Below are positions 1 through 14,462 of a stretch of 64,000 bases of DNA, piece by piece. The first letter of the stretch is position 1, and every line of letters begins with the position of its first letter. Origin of the DNA: Bispira polyomma. Lineage: Eukaryota. The stretch covers positions 32,054,001 through 32,118,000 of the forward strand of contig OZ287751.1 of the NCBI GenBank assembly GCA_965649765.1. The letters run 5' to 3'. The notes below the pieces were generated by a model. It had not been told where the DNA came from. It saw nothing but the letters and a program-made list of their open reading frames with translations, and did no database searches. The translations under genes and the position numbers were made by a program.

Positions 1-86
1 TTATGCCAAAAAAATATGACAAGTGGTAAAAACAGTGTACCATTTGAATCACGTGAAAGATAAATTTACAAGCAGTATTACAATAA

Positions 87-136
<50 letters not shown>

Positions 137-2468
137 CCACACCACGTGAAAAACATTACTTTTTATGAGGGAGTGTAATTTACACAGTTCTATATTTCTT
201 CATGCACTGAATTCAATTTTTTTTTTTTTTTTGTCTAACTATAAACATGACAGGAAAAACCCACATGAAAATGTAAACTGGTGTGCCAGATCAGACAGAA
301 ACAATAATTGTGTGTGTAAATCTAATACTTGGAAACACATGTTGTGGTTTGAGGAAAGTTGTTTTTGTCCAGGTTTTTTTCCCCAGCCTTTTTTAGAGGG
401 TTAATGTATGCATATTACATCAGCCTTAACTGTATGCAAGTTTTACATTATAAAATAAATGACAGTATAGGAAATGTTTCAATTTAGCCCTTTTGCTATG
501 ATTTTAGATGAATTTAAAGTGATAAATTCATGTATCGGATCAAATTATTCAGACTTTAGATAAATACAAATTATCTCCAATTATTGTCCATATTTGTTGA
601 AATCTGGTGGCCAGAAGTGTACGTCTGTGTACATTTATTAATTGTTTTTTACTTTTAGTAGAAATTTCTTGCGGGGAAAAAAATGGGGAAGTGTTGGTGT
701 TGTTGAACCCAAAACAGACCAATCCTTTTGTAATGTACATGTATTTGGTATATATTGTCATGAGAGATTTGAATAACACTTTTTTCTGGTTTCAGTTACC
801 TTTCATTCAGTCAAAGCAAGGCCCTTAATAGATTATATTGTCTTGTGTTTTTTAAAAATCTATTAAATGTTTTTATAGTGTGTAAATGTATAATAATTTA
901 TGCACAAGAGATGACTGTGATACATGTGTTAATGATACAAAAATAAATAAATGCAAAAGAAAAGACACCACCCTGATCTCTTAGTTCCCTTTGTTGTAAT
1001 ATACGCAGTGACTGGTCCCAGTAAATAATTTTATATATTAATAAATACCATCTCTCAGGCTTTTGACTCCTATCTGTTGTTTGGTGGCTAGACAAATCTT
1101 GGGTTTGGTAAAAGTTCACTTTTGCGCAACATCAAATCCCACATGCACAAAAATGGCAACTTTTTACTAGTCACACTGCAAATTTTTTACAAAGTTCACT
1201 TTTTTCTAAGTTAAGAATAGTTGCAAATATATTCAAAACAAATTTTTTCACGCACTACAGTTACAAGATGTTAATATATCCTCAGGTTCTTTTGACGGCA
1301 GAATAAGATTTTTTCAATGTAATTGCACAACATATTTTGTAATCTTGTGAATTAAAATTGAAGTAGTAATCGGCATGAATTTTAAATAAAATGAGTAAAC
1401 ATTAGGGAGTTGTTACAACAAGTAATAGGAACACTGAAATAGTGTTTATTAATTTAATCACGGCAATAAACGCTAGAAGAAAAATTGTAATGTGTTTTAG
1501 TTTAACTTCCATCTATTAAAAAGAGCGAGTATTATAAAAATAGAAAACGGACTAAAAAGACTAGCATTCATCAAAAAGAGCAAAATAAAAAGACTACCTG
1601 AGCCACTCTGTTTAATTGGTCGTTTATTATATTCACACATGCTTGGAGTGCAGCAAATGTATTAATTTCTCTGGCATTTTTTGTTGAGGACTTTAGATGA
1701 GACTGGGGGTTTGTTTTATACCCAAAATATTACATTGAGTCATAGTTTTAACATGACTATGCCCGAGTTGAAAGACAAAATTTATTGAATTAAAAAAGTT
1801 AAACTATTCAATAAAGCCACTTTGGCAACTAAACTTGAATAAATCCCAGAGTTCACTGTTTTTGTGGTGTGATGTATGTACCAGGGTAGACGGGCATAGT
1901 TTGCATATGAAGTAGACAGTCATTACGGACACTGATATAAAAACATCAAAGTACAAATATTAAGCAGAAACAATTACGTTGCCAGCAAGTTTAAACAAAA
2001 ACTTATTTGTAAGTATCCCATAAAGTAGTAAGAGACTATGTTTTATGATGACCTGATTATGATATTAATTGTTTTGTGATCAAAAGCAGGTAAATCTTGG
2101 GAAAGTCTTTGGATAAAAACCAATTCAAATAGAATGTTGTAAATATTTAAATAATTCTTACAAAAACATCATGTACAAACTGTAAAACCTGCAACAATTT
2201 TAGACCAAAAATCTGGAATATAACTGATACAAGTAAAGGTGTATATTTGTAGTTGAATATGTGTAGCAAACAATTTATTGAAGTATCCAGTATTACTGTC
2301 CACCTGTAAACAAGGAATCCATTGTGTTATGTTGAATTAAAACAATAGCAGGTTGTCACACATGCGCAAATATTTAAAATTGTTCTCATTTGATAACGTG
2401 CATTTCTCTAAGGTTACATTTGTTATCAGAATGAAATTGAAAAATTTAATTTTTAATTAAAATTTTTA

Positions 2469-3065
2469 TTAGAAATACTTAACATTTACACTCTCGTCTT
2501 CTGCATCTAAGATGGAGTCATCAAACTTCTCTCTTTCAGGCACTTCCTTAACCTTCTTAGGTTGATGCCTTCCCTGCAATCTCTGCCTCTGATCAGCAGT
2601 TAAGGAAGCGCAGGCACCACAGTCTTTCTTTAAAACACAAGGGTCGTCTCCCTTTATTGATTCACGACACTTGCAGCAAAACCTATGGTTATCAAAACCT
2701 GACATTATATGTCCACAAAATAACGATTGCTTAGAAATCTTTGCAGAATCAGTACCAACATCAGTACTCTCCAAAGAAGTCATGATAAAGTTTTAAAAAC
2801 AGAAAAATCCTACAAAAACCCCAAATATCTTCAAAGATAGACCTCACTGTTGATGGCCAACAAAAAATAATGAAGTAAATGTGATCAGGTGACCCTTTTG
2901 GCGGGAGGGTGGACTACTGTATATACCTATTGGCTGGTTAAGGTGGCACTATACCTTAATTTTTGCATGTCTGCGTTGGCCAATGGATTGGATGGCTCCA
3001 ACATATAGCCATATTAGGAAATGGTAGTAGCATTTCGTTATAAAAAGTGAAAAATTTTCCCTTTA
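2469..3065 (-). mobile_element. DIRS1-type retrotransposon 5' fragment (gag zinc-binding N-terminus)
   Basis: CGHIMSGFDNHRFCCKCRE....DDPCV....CGACASLT motif typical of DIRS gag; truncated. Confidence 0.7.
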
Positions 3066-6000
3066 TAATGATGATGGAAAATTACTGAATGCAAGGCTTT
3101 AGGTCTCAACACAACGCAAACATCACTACATACAAAAGATTTTGGTCTTAACACAATGCAAACATTATATTAATGAACTTTTTAAGTATGAAAGCATCAT
3201 ATTCTATTAGACAGCAGGGCTTTATTGAGCATGGATAATAATTTATTCAAATAAATGTAATGCTACATGTAGTTTATCTTCCATTTTTAATAAACATAAA
3301 GATTGCATTCACTGCTATAATGGGTAGTCTCCATTTTAAATTCTGATTACCTCAGTCTTTGAGCTGTACTTCCAACTACACTTGTATGCAAGGTTGAGCA
3401 TTTGTTCCAGTGGAAATAATAGGTCCTTTGTATGGAGAAATATTAATAAATAAGCCATATTCTTCAGTTCTCAAGGTTTTAATATATATTCAAAATAGTC
3501 TTGGCTGTTGAATATTCTAATTTAACTTTTTCAGCTATATAAGTACCATGTTGCTTTAAAGTGTGCATTCTTTTTGTCAACTTTTGTTAAGAGACCTCCG
3601 TTGTTCTGGAAAATAATTATTTTACATTTGAATCACCAATTGAGGTATGCCAGCACCAAGTTATAAGTGATACTATTTTTAAATCTTTATACAGCAAGTA
3701 AGATCACATGTCATTTGCCGTGATTTGAGTTTTATTGTGCACAAAGGAAGTAGATGGATTGTCTAACCAAATAGCCCTGCTAAATCTTGCCTGAGGGTAA
3801 CTGCAGCATCATTCTGAAAGAGATGACCACAGTGGTGACTTCCTGGAATGATTTCAGTTCCTTTAAAGACATTACTAACTCTGTACCTCTTATCTGTAGG
3901 TGTAGGACATCACTAGTTCACTACCTTCCCTGAGGTGAACTTTGGCCTTATTTCCACACACAAGGAATCCTGCTGCAGCACTTTTTAGTACATCTTATTT
4001 AAATGAAAGTTGTCAGCATCTGCCGATATCAGAAATTATTTAAATGAAAATTGTTAAATCGGTCTCAAACACATCTTGTACATTTGTAGTCTCTTCCCTG
4101 GTCAATGCTTTTGAGTAATGACTTTTGCTTGGCCCTGCACCTTCCCTTTCAGGATAACAGCGCCTTAGAGGATCTTCTCATCAATTTGGCACTCTATAAA
4201 TGCTTTTTTATTACTATTTTTTTTTTAAACTTTGTACAAGATGGCATTTTAAAAATTCAATGAAAACATACTGTTTACCACCTGGATATAATAGTACAAT
4301 TATATTCAGCATACTCACAGAGCAGTGATGATATTCATTTAATGGTGTTGTGATCTTTTTTTTAATGCAACACTTTGGGGCATTTATTTTATTACCAAAA
4401 TAGTGTACTAACTACAACTTGCCTAGCCATAGAGGAGGGCATGGGATACACATCTTATTAGGCTACCAGAAATGGGAGCTACGATCAAGTTAAACCCACA
4501 GAAGAGTATAGCAACAAAATTTTGTTAAAACCAACAATCAGCAATTTGCTCTATGTAGAACGTCAGCAGCTAACAGTCTTTATTTTAAAACAAAAAAAAA
4601 ACATGACCTGGTGTCTGTTTGCGCCACCTGCGCGACTATCTTATTTATTATTTGGCAGTTATTTTATCCCTAAAACAGCTTAATTACTAGAAATAGCTCA
4701 AACTTGGCATGACCATCAAACATAGAACATATGTCCATCTGAAACATTTGACAGCATAATACGGGCATATTTTGTATAAACATAATGAAGGAAACACAGG
4801 TTTGATTTCAAAATGTTTTTATTCATAAACAACCTTTATACCACAACATAATATTTCTGATTATGTAAGATTATTCTGGAATGACATATAATTACTCAAA
4901 ATCACATTAACTAGATATACTGAATAAAACTAAAAACCCTGTCGTAAAACATCACTGCTGTTTGTGTACTGTTGTTACAATCTAAAAGTATGGTTTGACT
5001 AATGCAATCACTTCACACGGGAATAATCGTAATATGTACCTCAATACCTTAGATTTGTATGTACATTAGTGATAGATAAAAGTATATGATCAAGTCTTTC
5101 AAATAATTTAATGAAGACAATATTTTTTTCCCTTAATTTTGCGATGAATAAAAGGTATTAAAATGACTATAAATGTGTCTATGTTGATAATTGGTTGATA
5201 TGTGACAATGCAATAAAAGTTACTCAAATTTGGTTTATTCTTGAACTTTAAATGAATATATAGTAAAATATTCTGAAATAGTCTATTCACATACACATCT
5301 TAAACATATATACCAAATATCCTCATTATTGATTTTTTTATTATGTTTTACACAACTATCAACTAACTTCTTGAAAAACAAATTGAACAGCAAACTCAAG
5401 ACTAAAAAGAGACAAACTTCTCATAACTACTTTCACACAAACACATTTCATTTCTGCATTGATTATTGCATTGTTAAAATTAGACAAATAAAAAAATATA
5501 GCATATTTTTCGAAACTAATAATATCATTCTCATTACAATAATAAGGGTGGTTGTTTGAAAAAGTTCCAAGCAACTGTCATTGCAGTTTTTTGGTTTATT
5601 CTCGTATTTTTCTTTCTATTTTTTTTTTTTTTCCCAACAAACAATTTAATAAAAGGGGGTAAATTTTAAAAAAAATCTTAATAAGTTCTCTGCTATTGCT
5701 TGATAACATAAAACACCCAAGGTTACAAAATAATAATTTACAATTATCTCTTTAAAAATGATACATTGCAAACTAAGAATGTTGACAAAATCACACAGGA
5801 TATGTGTAGCATATACATGTAGTAAGTAGAATTGTATATAGTTCAGATCCATGCCTAAACCAGCTTGAAGAGTATGATTTAGATATGTTTAAAAGAAAAT
5901 TTTAGATTACATAAAATGAGATAGCAATTTTTGAAAACAGAAGGTATGTGAAACATGAAAATGATCAATAGTAATTAGAAATGAAATCATTCACACTTTT

Positions 6001-7908
6001 TCAAGATGTCCATCCAAGTACTTCAAGACGCATTATGTACGAGATTTCTGTTTAAAATATACAACGCTGGTACACTAAGTGTCTAACTGTAAAAAGAACA
6101 CAAAGTTACACCAAGCTATGAAAATCCAGATTTGACAAAACTTGGATTTTACTGTCCTCTTTGCAACTGTAATAGAATAGTAAATACACAATATCTTCAG
6201 TGACTAGATTAAACTAGAAGAATACTTCATTTAGATCCTTGCAGTATTCTTGATATATGATACTGTGACATCACGCTATCCTATTTATTTTAAAATACAA
6301 AGCTCACAGCATTAAAACTCTAGTTTGTTAAACCGTAAAGCTCAAAATTTGTGCTCTTATGGAGTAAAATTGCTATCCATGCAAGCTGATAACAGTGAGT
6401 CCGAACTATAGCACCTTTTGATAACCTTATTTTAAACACCCTGTTGAATGAAAGTCCCTGTTGTACAGAAGTTCTGTGCAAGTGAAAATTTTAGTCCAGC
6501 TAAATTTCAATTTACAAAAAAATTATTAATTCAATGTTTTTTTATTGTTAACTGAATATCTAAACTGTTATTACATTTACCACATAATAGTCTCATTCCT
6601 AATAAATGCCCCACACATACTTTCGCTTGCTAACTTTTTACAAACATTATATTTGGTTAAAGTTGCCGCCCATATTGGTTGTTCAGCTTTACAGCATCTA
6701 CCACTTTATAATTTGAGTTTTACAAAATATCAACTTCTTTTTAAAATAGTGTCTACATAAAATGTTCGATATATCAAGAATTCTTGCCCTAAAAGAAACT
6801 TGTTTAATGAAACTCAACATTTAACATAAGTTGAATTATTTAGATAAGGTAGGTGATGTTACAGTAGATTTATTGTGCCCACCATACAATATTTAGTTAA
6901 AATAGTGGTCCCCTCCTTTAAGTACATAGCATTCGGGCCTTTATTTCAGTTAATATGTTAACTTCATCTCTAAACATCATTACCACTTTAAAGTTTAAGG
7001 CCATTCCACATCACAAGGATTATTAGAATTACTGAAGCTCTGACGTGTGATCATGATAATTCTGACCCAATCTATGAGGTAAAATAAATACGTTAAACAA
7101 ATACACGTCCCATTACAAGAATGTTTTACCACAGGTATAAAGATTCACAGATAAAATATATAGCCAGGGATACAAGTATGTATAGGAACATATATACATA
7201 TATATAAAGCTTTCAAATACGAGAATGTCTGGAGCAGATCTAGAAACAAATCAATACTGCAACACAGAGAGTAGCCTTCTGGTAGATCATACAAGTATAA
7301 CAGTTATCACAATGTTTTGAATATTCTGAATAATTACCAATTACTTTTCTTTAACAATATCTAAATTATGTACAAAGTAATCAATACTACCATTAGATGT
7401 GTTCAATTACGAAAAAGGAAAAAAAAATGCCGAAAAAGTTTACGAAATCAAAAATCCTGCAGCAAGCATTCTTCACAGACAGAAGTTTGTGAGAATTAAG
7501 TACCAGAGATGATATATAAATAGATAGTATATAGTTCACCAAGTAATGATGATCACTTTGCAGCAGTCTATATAAATGCATGAAGTCTCGCCTCCTTCTT
7601 TGGGTAAGAATGTATATCACAGATAGAAAGAAGAAACAGCTTCCAATGCCATTTGATCCTCTCTGTATGTTATTAAAACAAAAAAATATACCATGTCTTT
7701 TGACGATACAAAATATTATTCCAAGATCATCGATTCAAAAAACAAGTCTCTTAGGTTTTGTCTTTGCTTTTCTGACGAAAAAACACAGTCATTTTCAATA
7801 CTGAACACTTTTTTTCTTTATTGCATTGTTATGTAAGTCATTGGAGAAGAATGCACCATATATAGACATCAAAGGACTTTCGAATCATGGCGATTCTTTT
7901 CCCCGGTG

Positions 7909-8011
7909 TATATGTTACAGTCAACCTGTGAAACCAGTCATTACGCGTAATGACTAAAATTTTCAGTCATTACGCGTAATGACTGGTTTCACAGATTGAC
8001 TGTAACATATA
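7909..8011. repeat. Near-perfect 103-bp fold-back element in the MYLIP 3' UTR
   Basis: TATATGTTACAGTCAA...TTGACTGTAACATATA; each arm contains the palindrome AGTCATTACGCGTAATGACT. Confidence 0.92.
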
Positions 8012-8086
8012 TAACGAGACACCCTTGGTCTCTGACTATCACGAGGCGCCTCTTTTCTAATCGTGGCAGTTTTTACATGACACTGG

Positions 8087-8326
8087 TCATCGTTTCATTA
8101 CTCCCCCACCCAGTTGGGTACCATCTGCTAGTGGGATAGTTGGTAGGTAGACCGTCTGTATACTCTCCACTTGGGTCCGACACAGTGGGCAGTTGGAGAG
8201 TTTCTGTGCACACTGCGTACAGCAGGCCACATGACCACAGGGACAGAAGGCGGTCTCAATGTGAGCGTCCATACACACCCCGCACTGTAAGCTGTCTGTG
8301 ATATGTCGCACATTGTTCCTCCACAC
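8087..8326 (-). CDS. MYLIP: MYLIP last exon (IAP-type C3HC4 RING)
   Basis: CGVCMD...FCPCGHVACCTQCAQKLSNCPLCR...VYLP, the MYLIP RING signature; TGA stop; spliced CDS totals 1530 nt (509 aa). Confidence 0.95.
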   Translation of the reverse strand: MWRNNVRHITDSLQCGVCMDAHIETAFCPCGHVACCTQCAQKLSNCPLCRTQVESIQTVYLPTIPLADGTQLGGGVMKR

Positions 8327-8685
8327 CTACAAGACAAGTTAAAACTAATTAAAAGTAACATGTACATGATTTTACATATATATTATATTTTATAGACAGA
8401 TGGTATGTAAATGTATAAATGATCTGAAATAGAAGAAACAAATGCCAATTTACTGAGTTAGTTGATTTTTAAAGTTAGGGGCGGGGGGTAGAGTTACAGC
8501 TGCTTGTTTTGGCTGTACTTAGCAGTCTCGAAAAGGGTTACTTAATGCTTTGACATCCAAGATAAAAGGGACATAATGTGCTGACTCATCTCCTTATAAA
8601 TATATTGAGACCCGCACTATCCCCACAAAGTGGGAGAGCAATCATCAACTCGGGTAATAGAATCAAACAGATATACAGTACACAC

Positions 8686-9224
8686 TAGTGCTCTCACGAC
8701 TTGGTATAACAGCGGCTCGAGTCGGGTCCGAGATTGTCGAGTCAACTCGAGTTCAACTCGAGTGATATTTCTCATTAACAAGCAGCATTGGTGTCAAAAA
8801 CGGATATTTTGATTATTGTACACGTTATTTTTGAATGACAGTTACAAATAAAGACATATAACAATATATTACCTTGTCTTTACTATCCTTGGTTGTTAAA
8901 ACAGACGGCCATTACATATTATCTATGGAACGATCTGATTGGTTCAATGTCCAGTTGAGGAATTTGAAAGGTGTGTTTCTATTGGCCAACCGCATAAGAT
9001 GGAGCATGAGGTAAATACAGGTCGATTCCAGGTAAATTATTCCTTATTTAAGTAAATATAATGGATTTGGTATTGTATTTGAGGTTTAAAATGTCATATT
9101 GTTCGTTTTTGAATAGATTGTAAGTATCATTTTGAACTCGAGTTGTAAAACGGTGAAACCGTACTCGCGAGTTTGGACATTGTCGAGTACCGACTCGAGC
9201 CGGCGAGTTAAGGCGAAAGCACTA
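8686..9224. mobile_element. hAT-type MITE
   Basis: TAGTGCT...AGCACTA termini, exact 8-bp TSD GTACACAC, subterminal CTCGAG repeats. Confidence 0.88.
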
Positions 9225-9583
9225 GTACACACTTTATAAATGTATAAATCAAATGTTCAATATACATAGGATTTGGTTACGTTGATCATTTATTTCTACT
9301 GACAACTAGTTTTTTTGACATGTGGGACTAAAAAGTTGGATATAAATTCGTCTTGTACTGGTTTACAATATTAGAGTCTACAATACAAGTTAAAAGTACT
9401 GGAAAAAATCCTAAAGTATAAAACAAAAGAACTATAAATTTGCAAGAGTGACTTGGAATTCATAAAATCCTAAAGTATGAAACCAAAAAACTATAAATTT
9501 GCAAGAGTGACTTGGAATTCATAAAATCAAATAATAATTCACATAAGATAATTTGGTTTGGATAATAGAGGAGTTATTGTTAC

Positions 9584-9756
9584 CTTGCAGGTAGGGGAGG
9601 TACATCCATGGCTGGGATTCTCCAGAGTCAAATCCTCCTCCTCTTCACTCTCACACTCCTCAGCCTCCTCCTCATCAGCATCATCCCAGATGTCCTCTTC
9701 ATCTGACGCCCCAGGCTCCCCATCCGAACACAAGGCCTGCCAACTCAACTCACACC
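9584..9756 (-). CDS. MYLIP: MYLIP exon 7 (acidic linker)
   Basis: Phase-1 ttag acceptor and phase-0 gtaac donor bridge exons 6 and 8 in frame; D/E-rich ORF ending ...GCTSPTCK. Confidence 0.7.
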
Positions 9757-9984
9757 CTAAACATAAAACACCTCTGATATCACACAACAGTCTATGGAAA
9801 GTGGAGAATCTAGAAAACACTAACAATTTAAACAACAGTTGTACTTAAACAGGCTAAATAAATTTGTGTACAGTGAAGTGATCAAGCACTGCCAAACATG
9901 TCACCCTCAAACTTCATCAAATTCTTTACTAAAGAACTAAAGGGTATAAAAACACTAGAAGGTAGTGGGTAAATCATTTGTTTA

Positions 9985-10216
9985 TATTTGAATCACTTCT
10001 ATAGCGCCCTATTTATACAACATCTATTAAGGCGCTGATTCCTTGAGAAGGGATAGTTCTAAAACATAACAGTATGGGTTGTCATCATTAGGCAATGGCG
10101 TGTTCATAACTTGCTCTAGGATGCTATCCCCTGGTAACCATTATGGCATTACAGGGAGTTGAACCGGGGACCCTCTGACTACCAGACAAACTTTCTAACT
10201 ATTATGGACTAAGCCA
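9985..10216 (-). mobile_element. tRNA-derived SINE with L2-like 3' tail
   Basis: - strand head with B box GGTTCAACTCC; tail GCGCCTTAA...GGCGCTATAGAA. Confidence 0.65.
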
Positions 10217-10266
10217 TTGGAGATAACAAACAGATGCACAGTACATTAATTTAATTAGGTGTGTAC

Positions 10267-10431
10267 CTGATGCCTCAGCACTGTTCTCTGCCGACTGCAC
10301 AGCAAGGAGCTGTTGTTGAGTATCCTTCAATTCCTGCTTCTGTTGCAAGTGTTCCTTGGCAAATATTCGACGCCGATTGAAATCACAGGCTTCCTGCAGT
10401 GTTCGTCTGATGTCAAACACATACTTTTTAC
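10267..10431 (-). CDS. MYLIP: MYLIP exon 6
   Basis: GKKYVFDIRRTLQEACDFNRRRIF (MYLIP GKKYVFDIKRT motif) followed by a Q-rich segment; cag/gtacac boundaries. Confidence 0.9.
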
Positions 10432-10476
10432 CTGGAAATAAAAAAGAATAAAACTAGTTTTAAATATTTAGTTCTT

Positions 10477-10517
<41 letters not shown>

Positions 10518-10667
10518 TATATAACATAATAAACTACTAGTAAATAGAATGTGACACTATAATAAAATACAGGGGCTGTATTCACTTAGTCCTAAGCTTA
10601 AGATTTAACTGATGTAGATTGTATGTCCAAAATATTTAAGACTGCCTAGTAACTACTATCAGTCCAG

Positions 10668-10774
10668 GGGCTGTATTCACGAAGGGACTTAGCCCAGTCT
10701 TAGGCTTAAATCTAGCACAAAAGTATACTGACTTAAGCCTAAGACCTGACTAAGTCCTTTCGTGAATACGGCCC
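10668..10774. mobile_element. PIF/Harbinger-like palindromic MITE (copy 1; nested in a related element ~10572-10910)
   Basis: GGGCYGTATTCACGAAGGGACTTAG TIR, ~107 bp fold-back. Confidence 0.8.
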
Positions 10775-13283
10775 CTAGTGTTAAGAGCAAAGTTAACACT
10801 AACCAAAGATATTTTCTTACTGTCACTGAAACTAAAACCAAAATATTAACCTTTTCAGCCAAAATCTTAAGACTAAGTTAAGAGTAAGACCTTTTGTAAA
10901 TTACGGCCCATGAGGCACAAAAGTATTGTTTGCTTGAGTAATTATTTCAAATTAAACATTGACTGTGCACTTACGGGTACATTTTACTGACGTCCTACTT
11001 CTCACCTACAGCATACTAAGCATATATGTTAGGATGATAGAACTACATTTAATGCAGTATGGTTACAAATTTATGTGTGTTGATGTATTTTATATTATTT
11101 TATGTAATTAAAGATGAAAAAAAAAAATGTCAACAAACAAATGAAATCAGGATCGGTAGAATAAAATTGCTCCATAATTATTTATTGGTCAATCGACTCA
11201 CAAATTGCACACATTCTATATGTAACATTCTTCTAAAAATAGTACAACAGTCATTCTTTTACCAATACTGACAAATCACTTAGCCTTCCTAAGTAGGTTA
11301 CAAAGAATCTACTCTTAATAATCCGACCATGAGACAGATTTTATTCCATAAGGAATATGTGTTACGGTATTTTGGTGCAAGATTTTTGTGGACACTCCTT
11401 ATAAATAGGGTTTGTGTTTTGGTTTTATAAGCCCCCAAATTCACTAGGTACCATAAGACTGAATGGATGTAGTCTATTTAGTAGCCTTTTATATACTGCT
11501 TAATACATAATAAAATTAAATATATAACCATATTTGGTATTAAATTAAAGCATTAATGCAACCATTTTTTTAATTGATAAAATTTTGTAATGGGGAAAAA
11601 AAACAGTTGAACTTAAATTACTATGTCTCAATTATTTATTACCAAATGTTAATAGAAATGCAATTTGTACTGTGGACAGACAGTTTTTAAAACTGACAGA
11701 TCACATCTGGTGAAAACAGTAACAAATGATACGTAAGGCTTAACCTTCAATATTCACGGAGACTCGTGTTACAGCAGTTGAAAATTGGGTCAGTGATAAT
11801 TACATTCCATATTTTTTGTGAAGTTGACATCTTTTCTAAAGGCTAGATATATAGGTTGTAAAACTGCACCTGCAGACATCATGACAAAAATAAGGACAGT
11901 CCATCAAGTTATGGAATTTTGAAAAACACTAAGTAATTTTCCACAAAAATGAAAGGTCCATTTTCAAGAACAGATGATTAGGTAAAAAAAACCCACAAAC
12001 CCCAACTAGAGAGTGTCATTTAATAAATTGAATATTCTAAAAACAGAAGTTTTAGTTGCTCGCATGTATTAATTTACACATAATAACACATGTGATCCAA
12101 ATTGTTAATACATATGATCGACAATGGGTTTTTTCCTTCAAATCTAATAAAAGATCTGACCTAATCAACTGTTCAATAAAGCCATCAAGATCCTATGATT
12201 AATGCAGTATAACATATCTGGGAGTGAAGCAAGTGTATTTATGTGACCCTAAATCAATACTACAACTCAGAAAGAAACTCCACACACAGACATTGTAAAG
12301 TAATTTAGCAGAATAAATATTTACATTACACTTCAAGTACACAAAGCAACACACACTCACACAGAGAGAGAGACCTTAGGATGTACTATACACAGCTAGA
12401 GTACGTCTGCACCCACAAAGTACATGATGTACCAAGCACTACACAAAGACTCTTTACCACAGGATCAATACAAACTTCCACGTAGGCCAAACACAATTAT
12501 GTACATATTGCTCAAGAGCATGTGACTGGTACGTGAATGGCCTCCAAGTTTACAAGGATTTTTTTTGTCACTGTCAGATTGTTCAACTTGTGCTTATAAT
12601 AAAAGAGTTTTGATTGAAATAGAAAATATAACTAATAAAACTTAAAAAAAAAAAGACGAAATAAAAGAAAATACATTAGACTTTGATAAATACCAAAATA
12701 TATCTATTTCAAGTTATACACCACATTTACCAGCAAGTTCTAAGTAAATAGGTTTGTGTAACAGGTTATGCAATGACTTGATAATCTTGGTGGAAAGCTT
12801 ATTTTGAGCCTCAATGGTTTTGTGTACACTGTTGAGTTTTGCGGGGAGATATGACTGTGTTTTTGTCCCATTAAAGCTATTCTTAAATGTACTGGAAAGG
12901 CTTAAACAGTTACAAATTTACATGACATATTTTTACATCAAGCGACATGCATAACCTTTTTACCCACTCTCTTAATGCATAAGATAAAATTTACAACCAT
13001 CTAACCATCAATAATTAATTGCTGAAGTTTTTTTTAAGAAAATATTCCTTGCTGCCCTACCCCAAAAACTACAACAACATATAAATAGACATTACTCTTC
13101 TCCAGATAATTGAACTTTTCTATAAACTATCTCATATCCTATTTGTCCCCCTTTTCTTGGCATTTTGCCAAGTTTGACAACCCCAATCAATATAAACTTT
13201 GACGACAACCCTGGGTAACCAAATATAGACCCTAAAAATCCCAAACAGTTCACATGAAGTGTTGACATGTAAACAAGACTCAC

Positions 13284-13405
13284 CCATATCCTTGTTTTCA
13301 CTGAATAAGGAGGCCAGCGTTCCCTTGATGTCCCTGTCAAACTGGGAGGACACATCATTGCGGACTGTGTCACAAAGGTAGAACAGATGCATTTCTGTCA
13401 CACAC
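13284..13405 (-). CDS. MYLIP: MYLIP exon 5
   Basis: CVTEMHLFYLCDTVRNDVSSQFDRDIKGTLASLFSEN, the conserved MYLIP motif TE.H.FY.CDTV...RDLKG.LASLF.EN. Confidence 0.93.
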
Positions 13406-13731
13406 CTGAAAGACAAGTACATACATATATTCCTTTGTAAGGTGTAACTGTGTCCTACTTTTCTGACACAAATAGACCAGGTAAGGAAAATCAGCCTTAA
13501 AAATTAAAAATAGAAAATATTGAAGTGCAACACACAATGTTTAGTAAAAGTTCAAAGTCTGGTAATGATCACAGTTTTCATAAAAGACTTAACAACAAAT
13601 TAAACCTACATGACACAGAATCTTAACCCATATATTATACATCAAACTCGACAAAAGTTTATGACCTGTAAACCTATGATTCATCAATCATATGCAATAT
13701 CCCAGAAAATGACCTCACACATCTATTGCAG

Positions 13732-13838
13732 GTCCCATATTCACGAAGGGACTTAGCCAAGTCTTAGGCTTAAATCAGTATACTTTTGTGCTCAAGTTAA
13801 GCCTAAGACTTGGCTAAGTCCCTTTGTGAATACGGGCC
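13732..13838. mobile_element. PIF/Harbinger-like MITE (copy 2)
   Basis: Same family; CAG TSD on both sides. Confidence 0.82.
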
Positions 13839-14352
13839 CAGATCACAGAGTTCACTTAACAACTGATAAATAACATATGCACCAGGAGTTAGGACTAGTC
13901 AAACTATTGCACAAACATTCAAGTACAGTTACAACAATTTTACTTATTTATTTTTGTTTACAGGAAAATTTACAAGGGTATAAACTATTAAGATGGTTGG
14001 CTATTCTATATTTCATGTCAATGACCTCCATCCATAGCAATGTTTTGCCGTGCCAAAACCATCCACACTATTTAATCTCATAGCTCATTAGGCTGCACAG
14101 CAAGGACGCATCTGCATGTACTTGTATTTACAAATTGGAGAGAAACTAAAGGACAGATGAGAAAGTTAGCATTGGGTGTCAACTGAGTAACCTTGGGTCT
14201 ACACTTAAAACAAAGGATATAATATCAGTGAATTGGGCATGTCCTCATTACTGCACAGTAGCAAAAGGTCATCCAATCCATTTCACATTATGAATCTCAA
14301 AAACATTAAATATGCTTTCCTGGAAGACAAACATGGTCTGCACAACGCACAG

Positions 14353-14462
14353 GGGCCGCCGTATTTACGAAGAGACTTAGCCGGGTCTTAGGCTTAAATC
14401 AGTATACTTTTGTGCTAGATTAAAGCCTAAGACCTGTCTAAGTCCTTTCGTGAATACAGGTC
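14353..14462. mobile_element. PIF/Harbinger-like MITE (copy 3)
   Basis: Same family; CAG TSD on both sides. Confidence 0.82.

Noticed and set aside
165-7800. Many short ORFs from the ORF track
   Set aside because: AT-rich low-complexity translations with non-ATG starts; consistent with 3' UTR, intergenic DNA and repeat fragments (except the DIRS gag piece at 2469-2783)
9757-9809. Upstream acceptor at 9809 for MYLIP exon 7
   Set aside because: In the required phase it reaches a TAG stop at 9759-9757; the acceptor at 9756 keeps the frame
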